From positions 1 through 64,000 of the forward strand of contig CAWAMW010000011.1 of assembly GCA_963783305.1 (NCBI GenBank): 64,000 nt of DNA, written 5' to 3'. The stretch comes from an uncultured Gemmatimonadales bacterium (GTDB taxonomy: Bacteria; Gemmatimonadota; Gemmatimonadetes; Longimicrobiales; RSA9). This document shows, piece after piece, positions 30,277-40,094 of this stretch; position 1 is the first letter of the stretch, and every line of letters begins with the position of its first letter. The translations under genes and the position numbers were made by a program. Below the pieces are notes generated by a model. That model did no database searches. It worked only from the letters and a program-made list of their open reading frames with translations, and was not told where the DNA came from.

Positions 30277-32177
30277 GCCGAGACCGCTTCCAGGACCTCC
30301 TCACTGACAACCACCCCCATCTCTTCGATGGCGGGATGGGCACGATGCTCTACTCCCGTGGCATCTTCATCAACAAGTGCTACGACGAGCTGGCGCTGAC
30401 CCGCCCGGACCTGGTGGAGGGGATCCACCGGGACTACGTGAAGGCGGGCGCCGAGCTGCTGGAGACGAACACGTTCGGCGCGAACGCCATGAAGCTCGAG
30501 CGCCACGGTCTCGAGACGCGGGTGGTGGAGATCAACGCCCGGGCCGCCGAGCTGGCGTGCAGGGCGGCGGGGGACGACGCGCTGGTCGGCGGGTCCATCG
30601 GCCCACTGGGGATCCGCATCGAGCCGTACGGCCCGACGGCGCTGGAGGAGGCGCGGTCGTGCTTCCGGCAGCAGGTGGATGGGCTGCTGGAGGGCGGTGT
30701 CCAGTTCTTCATCCTGGAGACGTTCGCCGACCTGGCGGAGATCCACCAGGCGATGCTGGCCGTGCGGGACGCCTGCGACCTGCCGGTCGTCGCGCAGATG
30801 ACCGTCCGGGATGACGGCACCACCCTGTTCGGCACCGCCGTGGAGCTCATCGGTCAGCGGCTGGAGGAGTGGGGCGCGGACGTGGTGGGGCTCAACTGCT
30901 CCGTGGGACCGCACGGGATCCTGGCGGGTGTGGAGCGGCTCGCCGCGGCCACGGAGCGGCCGATCTCAGCGCAGCCGAACGCCGGCATGCCCCGTGAGAT
31001 CGACGGGCGGAAGATGTACATGGCGTCGCCGGAATACATGGCGAAGTACGCGCAGCGCCTCATCCGGAGCGGCGCGCGTTTCGTCGGCGGCTGCTGCGGC
31101 ACGACGCCCGAGCACATCCGCCGGATGAGCGACGCGGTGCGCGCCCTCTCGCCCGGCAGCGGGCGGTCGCACGTGGTGGTGAGCCGCGTCCAGCCCGACG
31201 ACGAGGGCGCCCGCGAGCCCGTGCCCCTCGGCGAGCGCTCGGCGTTCGGCCGGAAGCTGGCCGCGGGCGAGCTGGTCACGAGCGTGGAGATCGTGCCGCC
31301 CCGCGGTATCGATCCGGCGCGTATGCTCGAAGGAGTCCGGCAGCTGAAGCGCGCGGGAGTGGACGCCGTGAACGTGCCCGACGGTCCGCGGGCGCAGATG
31401 CGCATGGGCGTCATCGCCACCAGCGTGCTCATCGAGCGCGAGGCGGGCATCGAGGCGGTGGTCCATTACACCTGCCGCGACCGCAACCTCCTGGGCATGC
31501 TCTCCGACCTCATCGGCGCCCACGCCCTCGGGATCCGCAACCTGCTCCTCATCACCGGCGACCCCCCCAAGATGGGGCCGTACCCGGACGCCACGGCCGT
31601 CTTCGACATCGACGCCATCGGCCTCACCAACCTCGTCGCGCGACTGAACCACGGGCTCGATCCGGGCGCTAACGCCATCGGCGACCCGACGTCGTTCACC
31701 ATTGGCGTGGGCGTCAACCCCGGCGCGCTCGACCGCGAGCACGAGCTCAACCGCTTCTACTGGAAGGTGGAGGCCGGGGCGGAGTACGCGATCACGCAGC
31801 CCGTATTCGATGCGGAGCAGCTGCTGTCGTTCATCCACGAGCTGGAGAAGCGCGACACCCGCATCCCCATTGTCGCCGGGATCTGGCCCCTCGTCAGCGC
31901 CCGCAACGCCGAGTTCCTCGCCAACGAGGTGCCCGGGATCACCGTGCCCGAGCCGGTCATCGAGCGGATGCAGCGCGCCCAGGCGCGGGGGAAGGAGCAC
32001 GCGCTCCAGGAAGGGGTTGCTATCGCCAGGGAGCTCTTCGAAGCGGTGCGAGGCGAGGTCCAGGGGCTGCAGGTGAGCGCGCCATTCGGGAAGGTGCCCT
32101 TCGCCCTCGAGGTGTTCGCCGACGTAGCGTCGGTCGACGCCGCGCGCGCACCCGTGGCGGCTTCCGCAGAGCCATAA
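30273..32177 (+). CDS. Bifunctional homocysteine S-methyltransferase / methylenetetrahydrofolate reductase (YitJ-like)
   Basis: DGGMGT, GLNCSVGP, GGCCGTTPEH, then MTHFR domain (VEIVPP, HYTCRDRN, ITGDPP, ITQPVFD). Confidence 0.95.
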   Translation: MSRDRFQDLLTDNHPHLFDGGMGTMLYSRGIFINKCYDELALTRPDLVEGIHRDYVKAGAELLETNTFGANAMKLERHGLETRVVEINARAAELACRAAGDDALVGGSIGPLGIRIEPYGPTALEEARSCFRQQVDGLLEGGVQFFILETFADLAEIHQAMLAVRDACDLPVVAQMTVRDDGTTLFGTAVELIGQRLEEWGADVVGLNCSVGPHGILAGVERLAAATERPISAQPNAGMPREIDGRKMYMASPEYMAKYAQRLIRSGARFVGGCCGTTPEHIRRMSDAVRALSPGSGRSHVVVSRVQPDDEGAREPVPLGERSAFGRKLAAGELVTSVEIVPPRGIDPARMLEGVRQLKRAGVDAVNVPDGPRAQMRMGVIATSVLIEREAGIEAVVHYTCRDRNLLGMLSDLIGAHALGIRNLLLITGDPPKMGPYPDATAVFDIDAIGLTNLVARLNHGLDPGANAIGDPTSFTIGVGVNPGALDREHELNRFYWKVEAGAEYAITQPVFDAEQLLSFIHELEKRDTRIPIVAGIWPLVSARNAEFLANEVPGITVPEPVIERMQRAQARGKEHALQEGVAIARELFEAVRGEVQGLQVSAPFGKVPFALEVFADVASVDAARAPVAASAEP

Positions 32178-32243
32178 CCGGGGCGGGAGTTCCAAGCCGA
32201 ACGCGGCGATTTGCGCCTGCCTGTCGAACGCGTCCTCTCACGG

Positions 32244-32302
32244 CGATCGACCCCCGCGCCAGCGGGTCCGAGCTTGCGTCAGCGACCGACGGGATCGACC
32301 GT
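32244..32302 (+). repeat. Family-A repeat, single module
   Basis: GATCGACCCCCGCGCCAGCGGGTCC...GGGATCGACC between convergent genes. Confidence 0.85.
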
Positions 32303-32304
32303 CC

Positions 32305-32655
32305 TCAGCTCCGGCCGTACCGGTCCTCGAGTCGGATGACATCGTCCAGCTCCGGCGTGCTCACCTCCAGCAGAACGCTGTCCTCCAGCGCCTCCATCCG
32401 GTGCACGTCCCCCGGCCGGATCGTGAGACAGTCCCCCACCCCCATCTCGTAATCCTCGCCGTTCAGGTGGAAGCGGAGCCGACCCTTCTGCAGGTACATG
32501 GTCTCCTGCTTCTTCTCGTGCTTCTGGAGCGACAGCGCGTGGCCTTCCGTCACCTCCAGGATCTTGCCCGCGTAACGGTCCTCGTGGGCGTACCAGACCT
32601 CGCGACCCCAGGGCTTGTCCACGATCTTCGGCTGAATGAACGGACGCTCCGGCAC
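32305..32655 (-). CDS. Cupin-domain protein (mannose-6-phosphate isomerase C-terminal-like)
   Basis: VDKPWGRE, LSLQKHEKKQET, PGDVHRM, EVSTPELDDVIRLEDRYGR. Confidence 0.9.
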   Translation of the reverse strand: MPERPFIQPKIVDKPWGREVWYAHEDRYAGKILEVTEGHALSLQKHEKKQETMYLQKGRLRFHLNGEDYEMGVGDCLTIRPGDVHRMEALEDSVLLEVSTPELDDVIRLEDRYGRS

Positions 32656-32984
32656 AGTCCCCCCTGCTGTTCCCGATGGATCCCCGACTCGTCGCTGGAA
32701 TGGTCGGAGCTTCGGCCGCGATGCTAGAGGCCACGTCCATGGCTCGCAAGGGCACGCCGGGCGGCAGCCGCCGGAGCGGGCTCCCGTCCCCCGCCGGCGG
32801 AATTGCTGTTGGTGGCGTTCCCGGGGCCTTCCGCTGACCTCTGGTTCGCTCCGACGACTCGCTCACCCGACCCTCCAACTCTAATGCCACGCCCGCGGAC
32901 CGCCCATGGTTCTTCGGGACACGATCATGCGCCATCGAGACGCCGAGAGAGCTGCTACGATCGCGCGGCGAGTACCGCAGCCGT

Positions 32985-33247
32985 GAGTGGAGGCTTGACC
33001 ACGGTAGAGGTGGTGAACTCGCCACGCCGCGATCACCCCGTCTGCGAGTGGAGGATTCACCACTCTGGAGGTGGAAAATTCGCCACGCGACGATCACCCC
33101 ATCGGCGAGAGGAGGCTTGACCACCGCGGAGGTGGAAAACTCGCCACGCGGTGATCACCGCATCGGTAAGTGGAGCTTCACCACCGTGGAGGTGTTACCC
33201 TCGCCACGCGCCTACCAACGCCTCGGCGGGTGGAAGATTCACCACCA
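32985..33247. repeat. 61-bp degenerate tandem repeat, ~4.3 copies
   Basis: Units start at 32985, 33046, 33107, 33168, 33228; approximate consensus GAGTGGAGGMTTSACCACNNNGGAGGTGGAAAAYTCGCCACGCGNYGATCACCCCRTCGGC. Confidence 0.85.
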
Positions 33248-33261
33248 GCGACATTCGAAAG

Positions 33262-33597
33262 CCCACCCCTGCGCCCGTCAGGGCGCCCCCCTGCGAGGCC
33301 GAAGGCCGAGCCACCCTGCGCCCGTCAGGGCCGCCCCCCTGCGAGGCCGTAGGCCGAGCCACCCTGCGCCCGTCAGGGCGCCCCCCTGCGAGGCCGTAGG
33401 CCGAGCCACCCTGCGCCCGTCAGGGCGCCCCCCTGCGAGGCCGTAGGCCGAGCCACCCTGCGCCCGTCAGGGCCGCCCCCCTGCGAGGCCGTAGGCCGAG
33501 CCACCCTGCGCCCGTCAGGGCGCCCCCCTGCGAGGCCGAAGGCCGAGCCACCCTGCGCCCGCCAGGGCGCCACCCTGCGAGGCCAAAGGCCGAGCCC
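33262..33597. repeat. Family-B tandem array, 47-48-bp dimeric unit x7
   Basis: CCACCCTGCGCCCGTCAGGGCGCCCCCCTGCGAGGCCGTAGGCCGAG repeated. Confidence 0.95.
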
Positions 33598-33636
33598 CTA
33601 GAACATCCCCCCTCCTTCGGTGTATCTTCGCCATCT

Positions 33637-35634
33637 ATGCCGACTTCTTTCGACCTCCAGCTCCCGTTCCCGCTCCAGGGCGACCAGCCTCGCGCGGTCG
33701 AGGAGCTCACAGAGGGGCTGGAACGGGGCGACCGGTTCCAGACGCTGCTGGGCGTCACGGGCTCGGGAAAGACGGTGACCATGGCGAACGTCATCGCCAA
33801 CCACGGTCGCCCGACGCTCATCATGAGCCACAACAAGACGCTGGCGGCGCAGCTCTACGGCGAGATCAAGAGCTTCTTCCCGAAGAACGCGGTGGAGTTC
33901 TTCATCTCGTATTACGACTACTACCAGCCGGAGGCGTACGTCCCATCGAGCGACACGTTCATCGAGAAGGACGCGTCGATCAACGAGGACATCGAGCGGC
34001 TTCGTCTGCGGGCGACGAGCGCGCTGATGGAGCGGGAGGACGTCGTCATTGTGGCGAGCGTCTCCAGCATCTACGGGCTGGGCGATCCTCGCCAGTACCG
34101 TGAGCTCATGCTCATGCTGGAGGTGGGGCAGGAGATGGGTCGGCGCGAGATCCTGGAGTCGCTGGTGCGGATCCAGTATGCCCGCAACGACTTCGACTTC
34201 ACCCGGGGCGTATTCCGCGTGCGTGGCGATGTGGTGGAGATCTTCCCGGCCTACGAAGAGCAGGCGGTGCGGATCGAGCTCTGGGGCGACGAGATCGAGC
34301 GGATCACGCGCTTCGACCCGCTGACGGGCGAGACGATCATCCGGATGGACCGCGCGGCCATCTACCCGGCGACGCACTTCGTGACGAACAAGGCGCGGAT
34401 CGAGCGGGCGGTGGACCTCATCGGGATCGAGCTGGAGGCGCGGCTGCTGCAGCTCCGCTCGGCGGGGATGCTCCTGGAGGCGCAGCGCCTGGAGCAGCGG
34501 ACCCATTTCGACATGGAGATGATGCTCGAGATCGGGACGTGCCCCGGCATCGAGAACTACTCCCGGCACCTCACCGGCCGGGCGGAGGGGGAGCGCCCGG
34601 CCTGCCTGTACGACTATTTCCCCGACGACTTCCTGCTCATCATCGACGAAAGCCACCAGTCGCTGCCGCAGATCCGTGGGATGTTCAACGGCGACCGGGC
34701 CCGCAAGACGACGCTGGTGGAGCACGGGTTCCGGCTGCCGAGCGCGCTGGACAACCGCCCGCTCCGGTTCGACGAATGGGAGGGTCTGCTCAAGAAGGCC
34801 GTCTACGTCAGCGCGACGCCCGGGGACTACGAGCTGTCGCGGAGCGGCGGCGTGGTGGTGGAGCAGCTGATCCGCCCGACCGGCCTCGTGGACCCGGAGA
34901 TCGAGGTCCGGCCGGTGAAGGGGCAGATCGACGACCTGCTGGCGGAGATCCGGCTGCGCGAGGAGCGGGGTGAGCGTGTGCTGGTCACCACCCTCACGAA
35001 GCGCATGGCCGAGGACCTGACCGACTACCTCCAGCAGGTGGGCGTGCGCGTCCGGTACATGCACTCCGACATCGACGCCATCGAGCGCATCGAGATCCTC
35101 CGCGACCTGCGCCTGGGCCGGTTCGAGGTGCTCGTGGGCATCAACCTGCTCCGCGAGGGCCTCGACCTGCCGGAGGTCAGTCTCGTCGCCATCCTGGACG
35201 CTGACAAGGAAGGGTTCCTCCGCGACGCCCGCTCCCTGATCCAGACCGTCGGCCGCGCCGCCCGGAACGTGGAAGGCCGCGCCATCATGTATGCGGACCG
35301 GATGACCCGGTCGATGAAGGAGGCGATCGAGGAGACCGACCGCCGCCGCGAGGTCCAGGTCGCCTACAACGAGGAGCACGGGATCACCCCCACGACCATC
35401 GTGAAGACCGTGGACCAGCTCATGCTCAGCACCCGCTTCGCTGACGCCCGCCTCGACGCGCTCGAGCAGAAGATCGCCGAGCCCAAGCCGTCGTACGCCG
35501 ACGAGGTGGACCTGGAGCAGTGGGCCAAGATCCTGGAAGAGCAGATGAAGGAGGCCGCCGTGAAGCACGATTTCGAGAGGGCCGCCAAGCTCCGGGACGA
35601 GCTCTTCGAAGTCCGGGCGAAGCTCGGGGTCTGA
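33637..35634 (+). CDS. uvrB: Excinuclease ABC subunit B
   Basis: [38 protein letters not shown]-terminal FERAAKLRD. Confidence 0.99.
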   Translation: MPTSFDLQLPFPLQGDQPRAVEELTEGLERGDRFQTLLGVTGSGKTVTMANVIANHGRPTLIMSHNKTLAAQLYGEIKSFFPKNAVEFFISYYDYYQPEAYVPSSDTFIEKDASINEDIERLRLRATSALMEREDVVIVASVSSIYGLGDPRQYRELMLMLEVGQEMGRREILESLVRIQYARNDFDFTRGVFRVRGDVVEIFPAYEEQAVRIELWGDEIERITRFDPLTGETIIRMDRAAIYPATHFVTNKARIERAVDLIGIELEARLLQLRSAGMLLEAQRLEQRTHFDMEMMLEIGTCPGIENYSRHLTGRAEGERPACLYDYFPDDFLLIIDESHQSLPQIRGMFNGDRARKTTLVEHGFRLPSALDNRPLRFDEWEGLLKKAVYVSATPGDYELSRSGGVVVEQLIRPTGLVDPEIEVRPVKGQIDDLLAEIRLREERGERVLVTTLTKRMAEDLTDYLQQVGVRVRYMHSDIDAIERIEILRDLRLGRFEVLVGINLLREGLDLPEVSLVAILDADKEGFLRDARSLIQTVGRAARNVEGRAIMYADRMTRSMKEAIEETDRRREVQVAYNEEHGITPTTIVKTVDQLMLSTRFADARLDALEQKIAEPKPSYADEVDLEQWAKILEEQMKEAAVKHDFERAAKLRDELFEVRAKLGV

Positions 35635-35644
35635 AGCCCGTGTC

Positions 35645-35906
35645 CCCTGACGGGCGCGGACGCGGTGGGCACTCGTGGGCCGGTGCCCGTGCGGTCCGAT
35701 AGCGCTCCGCTTTCCCGCCAGGGCTGTTCCTGCCGGCGCCCTCGGCTATGTTCATCGGATCGACCGTTTGGCCCGCAGCACCTGGCTCCTGGGGACGCCG
35801 CAGCCCCGTGGGAGGGCCGCGGCAAGCGCCGTGAGCAGCGGGTTCAATCGCGTTGCCAGTTGATAGACTTCAAATTTCTGAACTCGAACTCCGGCTCATG
35901 CACCAT
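35645..35906 (-). pseudogene. Four-helix-bundle protein pseudogene (two frameshifts, truncated)
   Basis: Reconstructed: MVHEPEFEFRNL / VYQLATRLNPLLTALAAALPRGCGVPRSQVLRAKRSI / MNIAEGAGRNSPGGKAERYRTARAPAHEC. Confidence 0.85.
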
Positions 35907-35939
35907 GCCCGACCATGGCTGACACCCCGGGGCGCGTCC

Positions 35940-36494
35940 ATGGCTGATTCGGCCGACGCCCGGGTGGAGACCAGCTCCGCGCGCGCCGCCCCTCCAGGCG
36001 GCGCCCCGGCGCTGTCGCAATCCGCACTCGAGGCGTGGGGCCGGGCGCTTGGGGAGGCCGCGGGGGCGGGCACGCTGCGGCTCCCGCTGGTTATCGCGCT
36101 GCGGGGCGAGCTCGGGGCGGGGAAGTCGGTGCTGGCGCGGGCGATCGCCCGTGGGGCGGGCGTGGAGAGCCCCATGCCGTCGCCGACGTACAACCTCCTG
36201 TTCACGTACGAGGTCGGCCCCCGCGTCGTCCACCACCTGGACCTCTACCGGCTGGAGGACCCCGAGGACGTGTGGGAGCTCGGGTGGGAGGAGCTGGGGC
36301 GCGGCGACGAGATCGTGCTCATCGAGTGGCCGGAGCGCGCGGAATCGCTGCTCCCCCCCGACCGCTGGGATCTTCGCCTCACCGCGGTTCCGAACCGACC
36401 GGGGCTCCGCTCGCTGGGCCTGGATCGGCTGGGCGATGCGCCGCCGCCGCCGGACCCGTCGGCCGGGGATGCCAGTACGGGGAGGGGCGCGTGA
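35940..36494 (+). CDS. tsaE: tRNA threonylcarbamoyladenosine biosynthesis ATPase
   Basis: GELGAGKS, SPTYNL, HLDLYRL, IEWPER. Confidence 0.95.
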   Translation: MADSADARVETSSARAAPPGGAPALSQSALEAWGRALGEAAGAGTLRLPLVIALRGELGAGKSVLARAIARGAGVESPMPSPTYNLLFTYEVGPRVVHHLDLYRLEDPEDVWELGWEELGRGDEIVLIEWPERAESLLPPDRWDLRLTAVPNRPGLRSLGLDRLGDAPPPPDPSAGDASTGRGA

Positions 36495-37174
36495 TCCGGG
36501 TCGCGCTGGAGACGGCCACGGCGCGCGGAAGCGTTGCGGTGGGCCGCGGCGACCGCCTGCTGGCGGAGGTGTCGCTCGGGTCCCAGCGCCGGCATGCGGA
36601 GCTGGTGGTTCCGGCGCTCGACGCGGCGCTCCGTCTGGCGGGGGTGGAGCGGTCGGCGATCGAGACCGTGGTGGTGGGGTCCGGCCCCGGTTCGTTCACG
36701 GGCGTGCGCGTCGCGGGTGCCACGGCGAAGGGTCTGGTCGCGGCGCTGGGGGTGCCGCTCCTGGCGTACCCGAGCCTGCTGGCGGTCGCTGCGGGGGTCC
36801 CGTCCACGCGACCGGTGTGCCCGCTCTTCGACGCGCGCCGCGGCGAGGTGTACGCGGGGTGCTGGCGCGTGGGGCCGGCGCTGTTGGAGGTCCTGCTCGC
36901 GCCGCGCGTGGGCCCGGCGGAAGAAGTGGCCGCCGCCGCGGCCGCGGGGTTTGGCGGGGAGCGGACGCTCTTCGTGGGCGATGGCGCCATCCGGTACGCG
37001 GACGCCCTGGAGGCCGCGGGGGGCGCCGTTTCGCGTCTGCCCGTATGGCCGCGAGCGTCCGAGCTGCTCTGGCTCGCCGAGCACCATGGTGATGCCGGCG
37101 TCGTGAGCGACGTGAGCGGCTGGCAGCCGGAGTACGTGCGCGCCTCCAGCGCCGAGCGGGGTGTGGCGGGATGA
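36491..37174 (+). CDS. tsaB: t6A biosynthesis protein TsaB
   Basis: ALETAT, HAE, GPGSFTGVRV, DARRGEVY; GTGA overlap with tsaE. Confidence 0.95.
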   Translation: MIRVALETATARGSVAVGRGDRLLAEVSLGSQRRHAELVVPALDAALRLAGVERSAIETVVVGSGPGSFTGVRVAGATAKGLVAALGVPLLAYPSLLAVAAGVPSTRPVCPLFDARRGEVYAGCWRVGPALLEVLLAPRVGPAEEVAAAAAAGFGGERTLFVGDGAIRYADALEAAGGAVSRLPVWPRASELLWLAEHHGDAGVVSDVSGWQPEYVRASSAERGVAG

Positions 37175-37701
37175 ACGTCCCGGGGCGCACGCGGGACGGG
37201 GAGCCGGAGCCGTCGAACGTCGCGCCCGCGCCGCCGGTTCCCACGTCGGTGCGGCGGATGACGGAATCGGACCTCACGGCGGTCATGGCGATCGAGAAGG
37301 CGGCGTTCTCGAGCCCGTGGACGCTGGCGACCTTCGCAGGGCTGCTCCATCGCGACAGCACGCGGCTCTGGGTGGCGGAGACCGGTGGTCGAGTGGTGGG
37401 CTACGCGGCGGTCTGGATGGTCGCTGACCAGGCGGAGCTGGGGGACCTTGCGGTGGAGGAGAGCGCCCGGGGTCTTGGAATTGGACGGCTGCTGCTCCGG
37501 ACCGTCCTGCGGGAGATGCCGGCTCTGGGGGTCCGGGATCTCTTCCTGGAGGTCCGCGTGTCCAATACCGTGGCGCGGCGGCTGTACGAGCGGCACGGCT
37601 TCGAGGAAGTGGGTCGCCGCCCCGGGTACTACACGCGGCCCAGGGAGGACGCGCTGGTGCTCAGGGCGCGGCTGCCCCACGGGGCCGACGCGCACCGCTA
37701 A
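37171..37701 (+). CDS. rimI: Ribosomal-protein-alanine N-acetyltransferase
   Basis: IEKAAFSSPW, LEVRVSN..A..LY...GF...GRRPGYY..P.EDA. Confidence 0.93.
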   Translation: MNVPGRTRDGEPEPSNVAPAPPVPTSVRRMTESDLTAVMAIEKAAFSSPWTLATFAGLLHRDSTRLWVAETGGRVVGYAAVWMVADQAELGDLAVEESARGLGIGRLLLRTVLREMPALGVRDLFLEVRVSNTVARRLYERHGFEEVGRRPGYYTRPREDALVLRARLPHGADAHR

Positions 37702-37705
37702 CGAA

Positions 37706-37734
37706 TTGACAGCGCCCTATTTGCGTTCTAGCTT
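37706..37734 (+). promoter_or_regulatory. Sigma70-type promoter upstream of the LysM gene
   Basis: TTGACA, 17 bp, TAGCTT. Confidence 0.65.
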
Positions 37735-37831
37735 GGCAACATTCTCCCCACCGCTACGGCGGTCGGTTCGGCGAGGTTCCGCCGCTCGGCCCGCACACCT
37801 GTTACGTTCTGATCCTCAAGGAGGGGCCACC

Positions 37832-38977
37832 ATGAGACGGGTGACCGCAAGCCTCATCGGGCTGCTGATTGCAGGGCCGCTGCTGGCGCAGGAGCCGGCG
37901 GCCGAAAGCCGCGAGCACGTCGTTCGGAGGGGGGACACGCTCTGGGACCTCGCCGGGCACTACTTCAACGATCCTTTCCAGTGGCCCGCGATCTACAGGG
38001 CGAACACCTCTCAGATCTCGGATCCGGACCTCATCCTGCCGGAGGAGCGCCTCGTCATTCCGGGTCTCGACGGCGCCAACGCTCAGCCGGCCGGGGTACC
38101 CCTCGGCGCGGCCCGGGACCCGGCCGGGCAGGTCGGGTCGCGGGAGGAACCTGGCCCGAACCGTACGCTCTTCTACCGCGCGCCCCCGGTTCGCCCGCAG
38201 GACGGGGAGGCCACCCTCCTGAGTGAGCCGGAGAGCACCACCATGCCGGTCACGGTGGGCGAATTCGTGTCGGCGCCGTACCTCATGGATCCGGCCCGGC
38301 TGGACGTCCGGGGCGTGTTCATGCGGGCGATCCGCGACGAGATGACCGGGCCCGGTGGCGGGATCTCCGCTCACCCCCAGGACCGCGTTTACGCGGGGTA
38401 TGCCGGGGGAGTCCGGCCGTCGGTTGGCGATCGCCTCGTCATCGTGCAGGTGGGATCCGACGATGTAGATGGTGCGGATCGGAAGCGGCGCGTGGTCAGC
38501 CCGCGCGGGATCGTGCGAGTGGAAGCCCTGGGCGGTGACGTCATGGAAGGGCGGGTCGAGATGCAGTTCGGGCCCATCTACCCGGAGCAGCTGCTGGTCC
38601 CCGTCACGATCTTCCCCGACTTCCGCGTGGAGTCGGCGGAGCCCGTGGATGGCGGCTCTGACTTGAGGGGCACTCTCCTGGGCTTTGCCGAGGAATCGCC
38701 GCTCCGTGGCCCTGGCGACCTGGCGTTTCTGGACATCGGCGCCCTGCAGGGCGTGCGGGAGGGCGACGTCTTCGAGGCCTTCCTGCCCCGGCGAGAGGCG
38801 GAGCTGAGCGACGGCGCCGAGCACCTGTCGGACGTGGACGCGTTGCCGCCGGAGGTCGTGGCCGAGCTGCGGGTTCTGCGCGTGACCGACGCCCACGCCA
38901 CCGTGCGAGTGGACCGGGTGTTCGCCGCGCGTCTCGAGCAGGGGCTGCCGGTCGCGAGGGTCCGGCGCATTCCCTGA
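37832..38977 (+). CDS. Secreted LysM peptidoglycan-binding protein
   Basis: Signal peptide, HVVRRGDTLWDLAGHY...W..IY.AN..I.DPDLI.P; SD AAGGAGG. Confidence 0.9.
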   Translation: MRRVTASLIGLLIAGPLLAQEPAAESREHVVRRGDTLWDLAGHYFNDPFQWPAIYRANTSQISDPDLILPEERLVIPGLDGANAQPAGVPLGAARDPAGQVGSREEPGPNRTLFYRAPPVRPQDGEATLLSEPESTTMPVTVGEFVSAPYLMDPARLDVRGVFMRAIRDEMTGPGGGISAHPQDRVYAGYAGGVRPSVGDRLVIVQVGSDDVDGADRKRRVVSPRGIVRVEALGGDVMEGRVEMQFGPIYPEQLLVPVTIFPDFRVESAEPVDGGSDLRGTLLGFAEESPLRGPGDLAFLDIGALQGVREGDVFEAFLPRREAELSDGAEHLSDVDALPPEVVAELRVLRVTDAHATVRVDRVFAARLEQGLPVARVRRIP

Positions 38978-39140
38978 AGCGGGCCAGGGCAGCGGCCGGC
39001 CGGATGGGCGGCGCACCGAGCACGGCTCGGGTGCGCCGCTTCGTCGTTCTGAGGGGGCCGATTCCCTCGGACGACCGCTTGCAGGGGGCTTCCGCGCGGC
39101 TCAAGTTGGGCCGCACACCATTAGAGAAACGGCGGAGTGA

Positions 39141-40094
39141 ATGAATCGAAAAGTGCTGGTGACCGGCGGAGCCGGGTTCATAGGGAGTCACGTGGCCGAC
39201 GCGTTCCTGGAGCGGGGCGACCGCGTGTGGATCGTCGACAACCTTTCCAGCGGCCGGGAGGCGAACCTCCCCTCGGCGGCGGAGTTCCACCGGATGGACA
39301 TAGGCGACCCGGGGCTCTCCGCCCTGTTCGACGAGGTCGGCTTCGACATCGTCAGCCACCACGCCGCGCAGATCGACGTGCGGGTCTCGGTCAGTGATCC
39401 CCGCAAGGACGCGAGGATCAACATCGACGGGCTTCTCAACGTGCTCGAGAACGCGCGTCGTCACGAGTCACGGGTCGTGTACATCTCCTCCGGCGGCGTC
39501 GTATACGGTGAGCCGGACGTACGGCCTACGCCGGAGACCGCGCCCAAGCTGCCCGCGTCGCCCTATGGCGTGACCAAGCTGGCGGGCGAGCAGTACCTCT
39601 ATTACTACGCCCGCGTCCATGGCCTCGACTACGTCGCGCTCCGCTATTCCAACGTGTACGGACCGCGCCAGGACCCCCACGGTGAAGCGGGCGTGGTGGC
39701 CATCTTCGGACGCCGCGTGCTGGCCGGGCAGCCGCTCACCATCTTCGGCGATGGCGAGCAGACCCGGGATTACGTCTACGTCGGCGACGTCGTGCAGGCC
39801 AACCTGCGGGCGGCCGAGCTCGAGCTCGACCCCGTGGGAACGGCACTGGATCAGCGAGCGTACAACGTTGGGACGGGTCGGGAGACGTCGGTGAACGAGC
39901 TGGCCCGCACCATGATGGCCGCGGCCGGCAAGGACGTCCCCACCGAGCACGCGGCCGCGCGTCCGGGTGAGGTCATGCATTCGTCGCTGGACAACCGCAA
40001 GCTGAAGACGACCGGCTGGGCACCGGCGACGGAGCTCCAGGACGGACTCCGGAAGACGCTCGACTACATCCAGGCGGAAGGGACCACGGCGTGA
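39141..40094 (+). CDS. NAD-dependent epimerase (UDP-glucose 4-epimerase-like)
   Basis: VTGGAGFIGSH, SPYGVTK, RYSNVYGPRQDPHGEAGVV. Confidence 0.92.
   Translation: MNRKVLVTGGAGFIGSHVADAFLERGDRVWIVDNLSSGREANLPSAAEFHRMDIGDPGLSALFDEVGFDIVSHHAAQIDVRVSVSDPRKDARINIDGLLNVLENARRHESRVVYISSGGVVYGEPDVRPTPETAPKLPASPYGVTKLAGEQYLYYYARVHGLDYVALRYSNVYGPRQDPHGEAGVVAIFGRRVLAGQPLTIFGDGEQTRDYVYVGDVVQANLRAAELELDPVGTALDQRAYNVGTGRETSVNELARTMMAAAGKDVPTEHAAARPGEVMHSSLDNRKLKTTGWAPATELQDGLRKTLDYIQAEGTTA

Noticed and set aside
32985..33247. CRISPR array (61-bp period matches type I-E spacing)
   Set aside because: Units are similar along their whole length with no unique spacers, and there are no cas genes in the window
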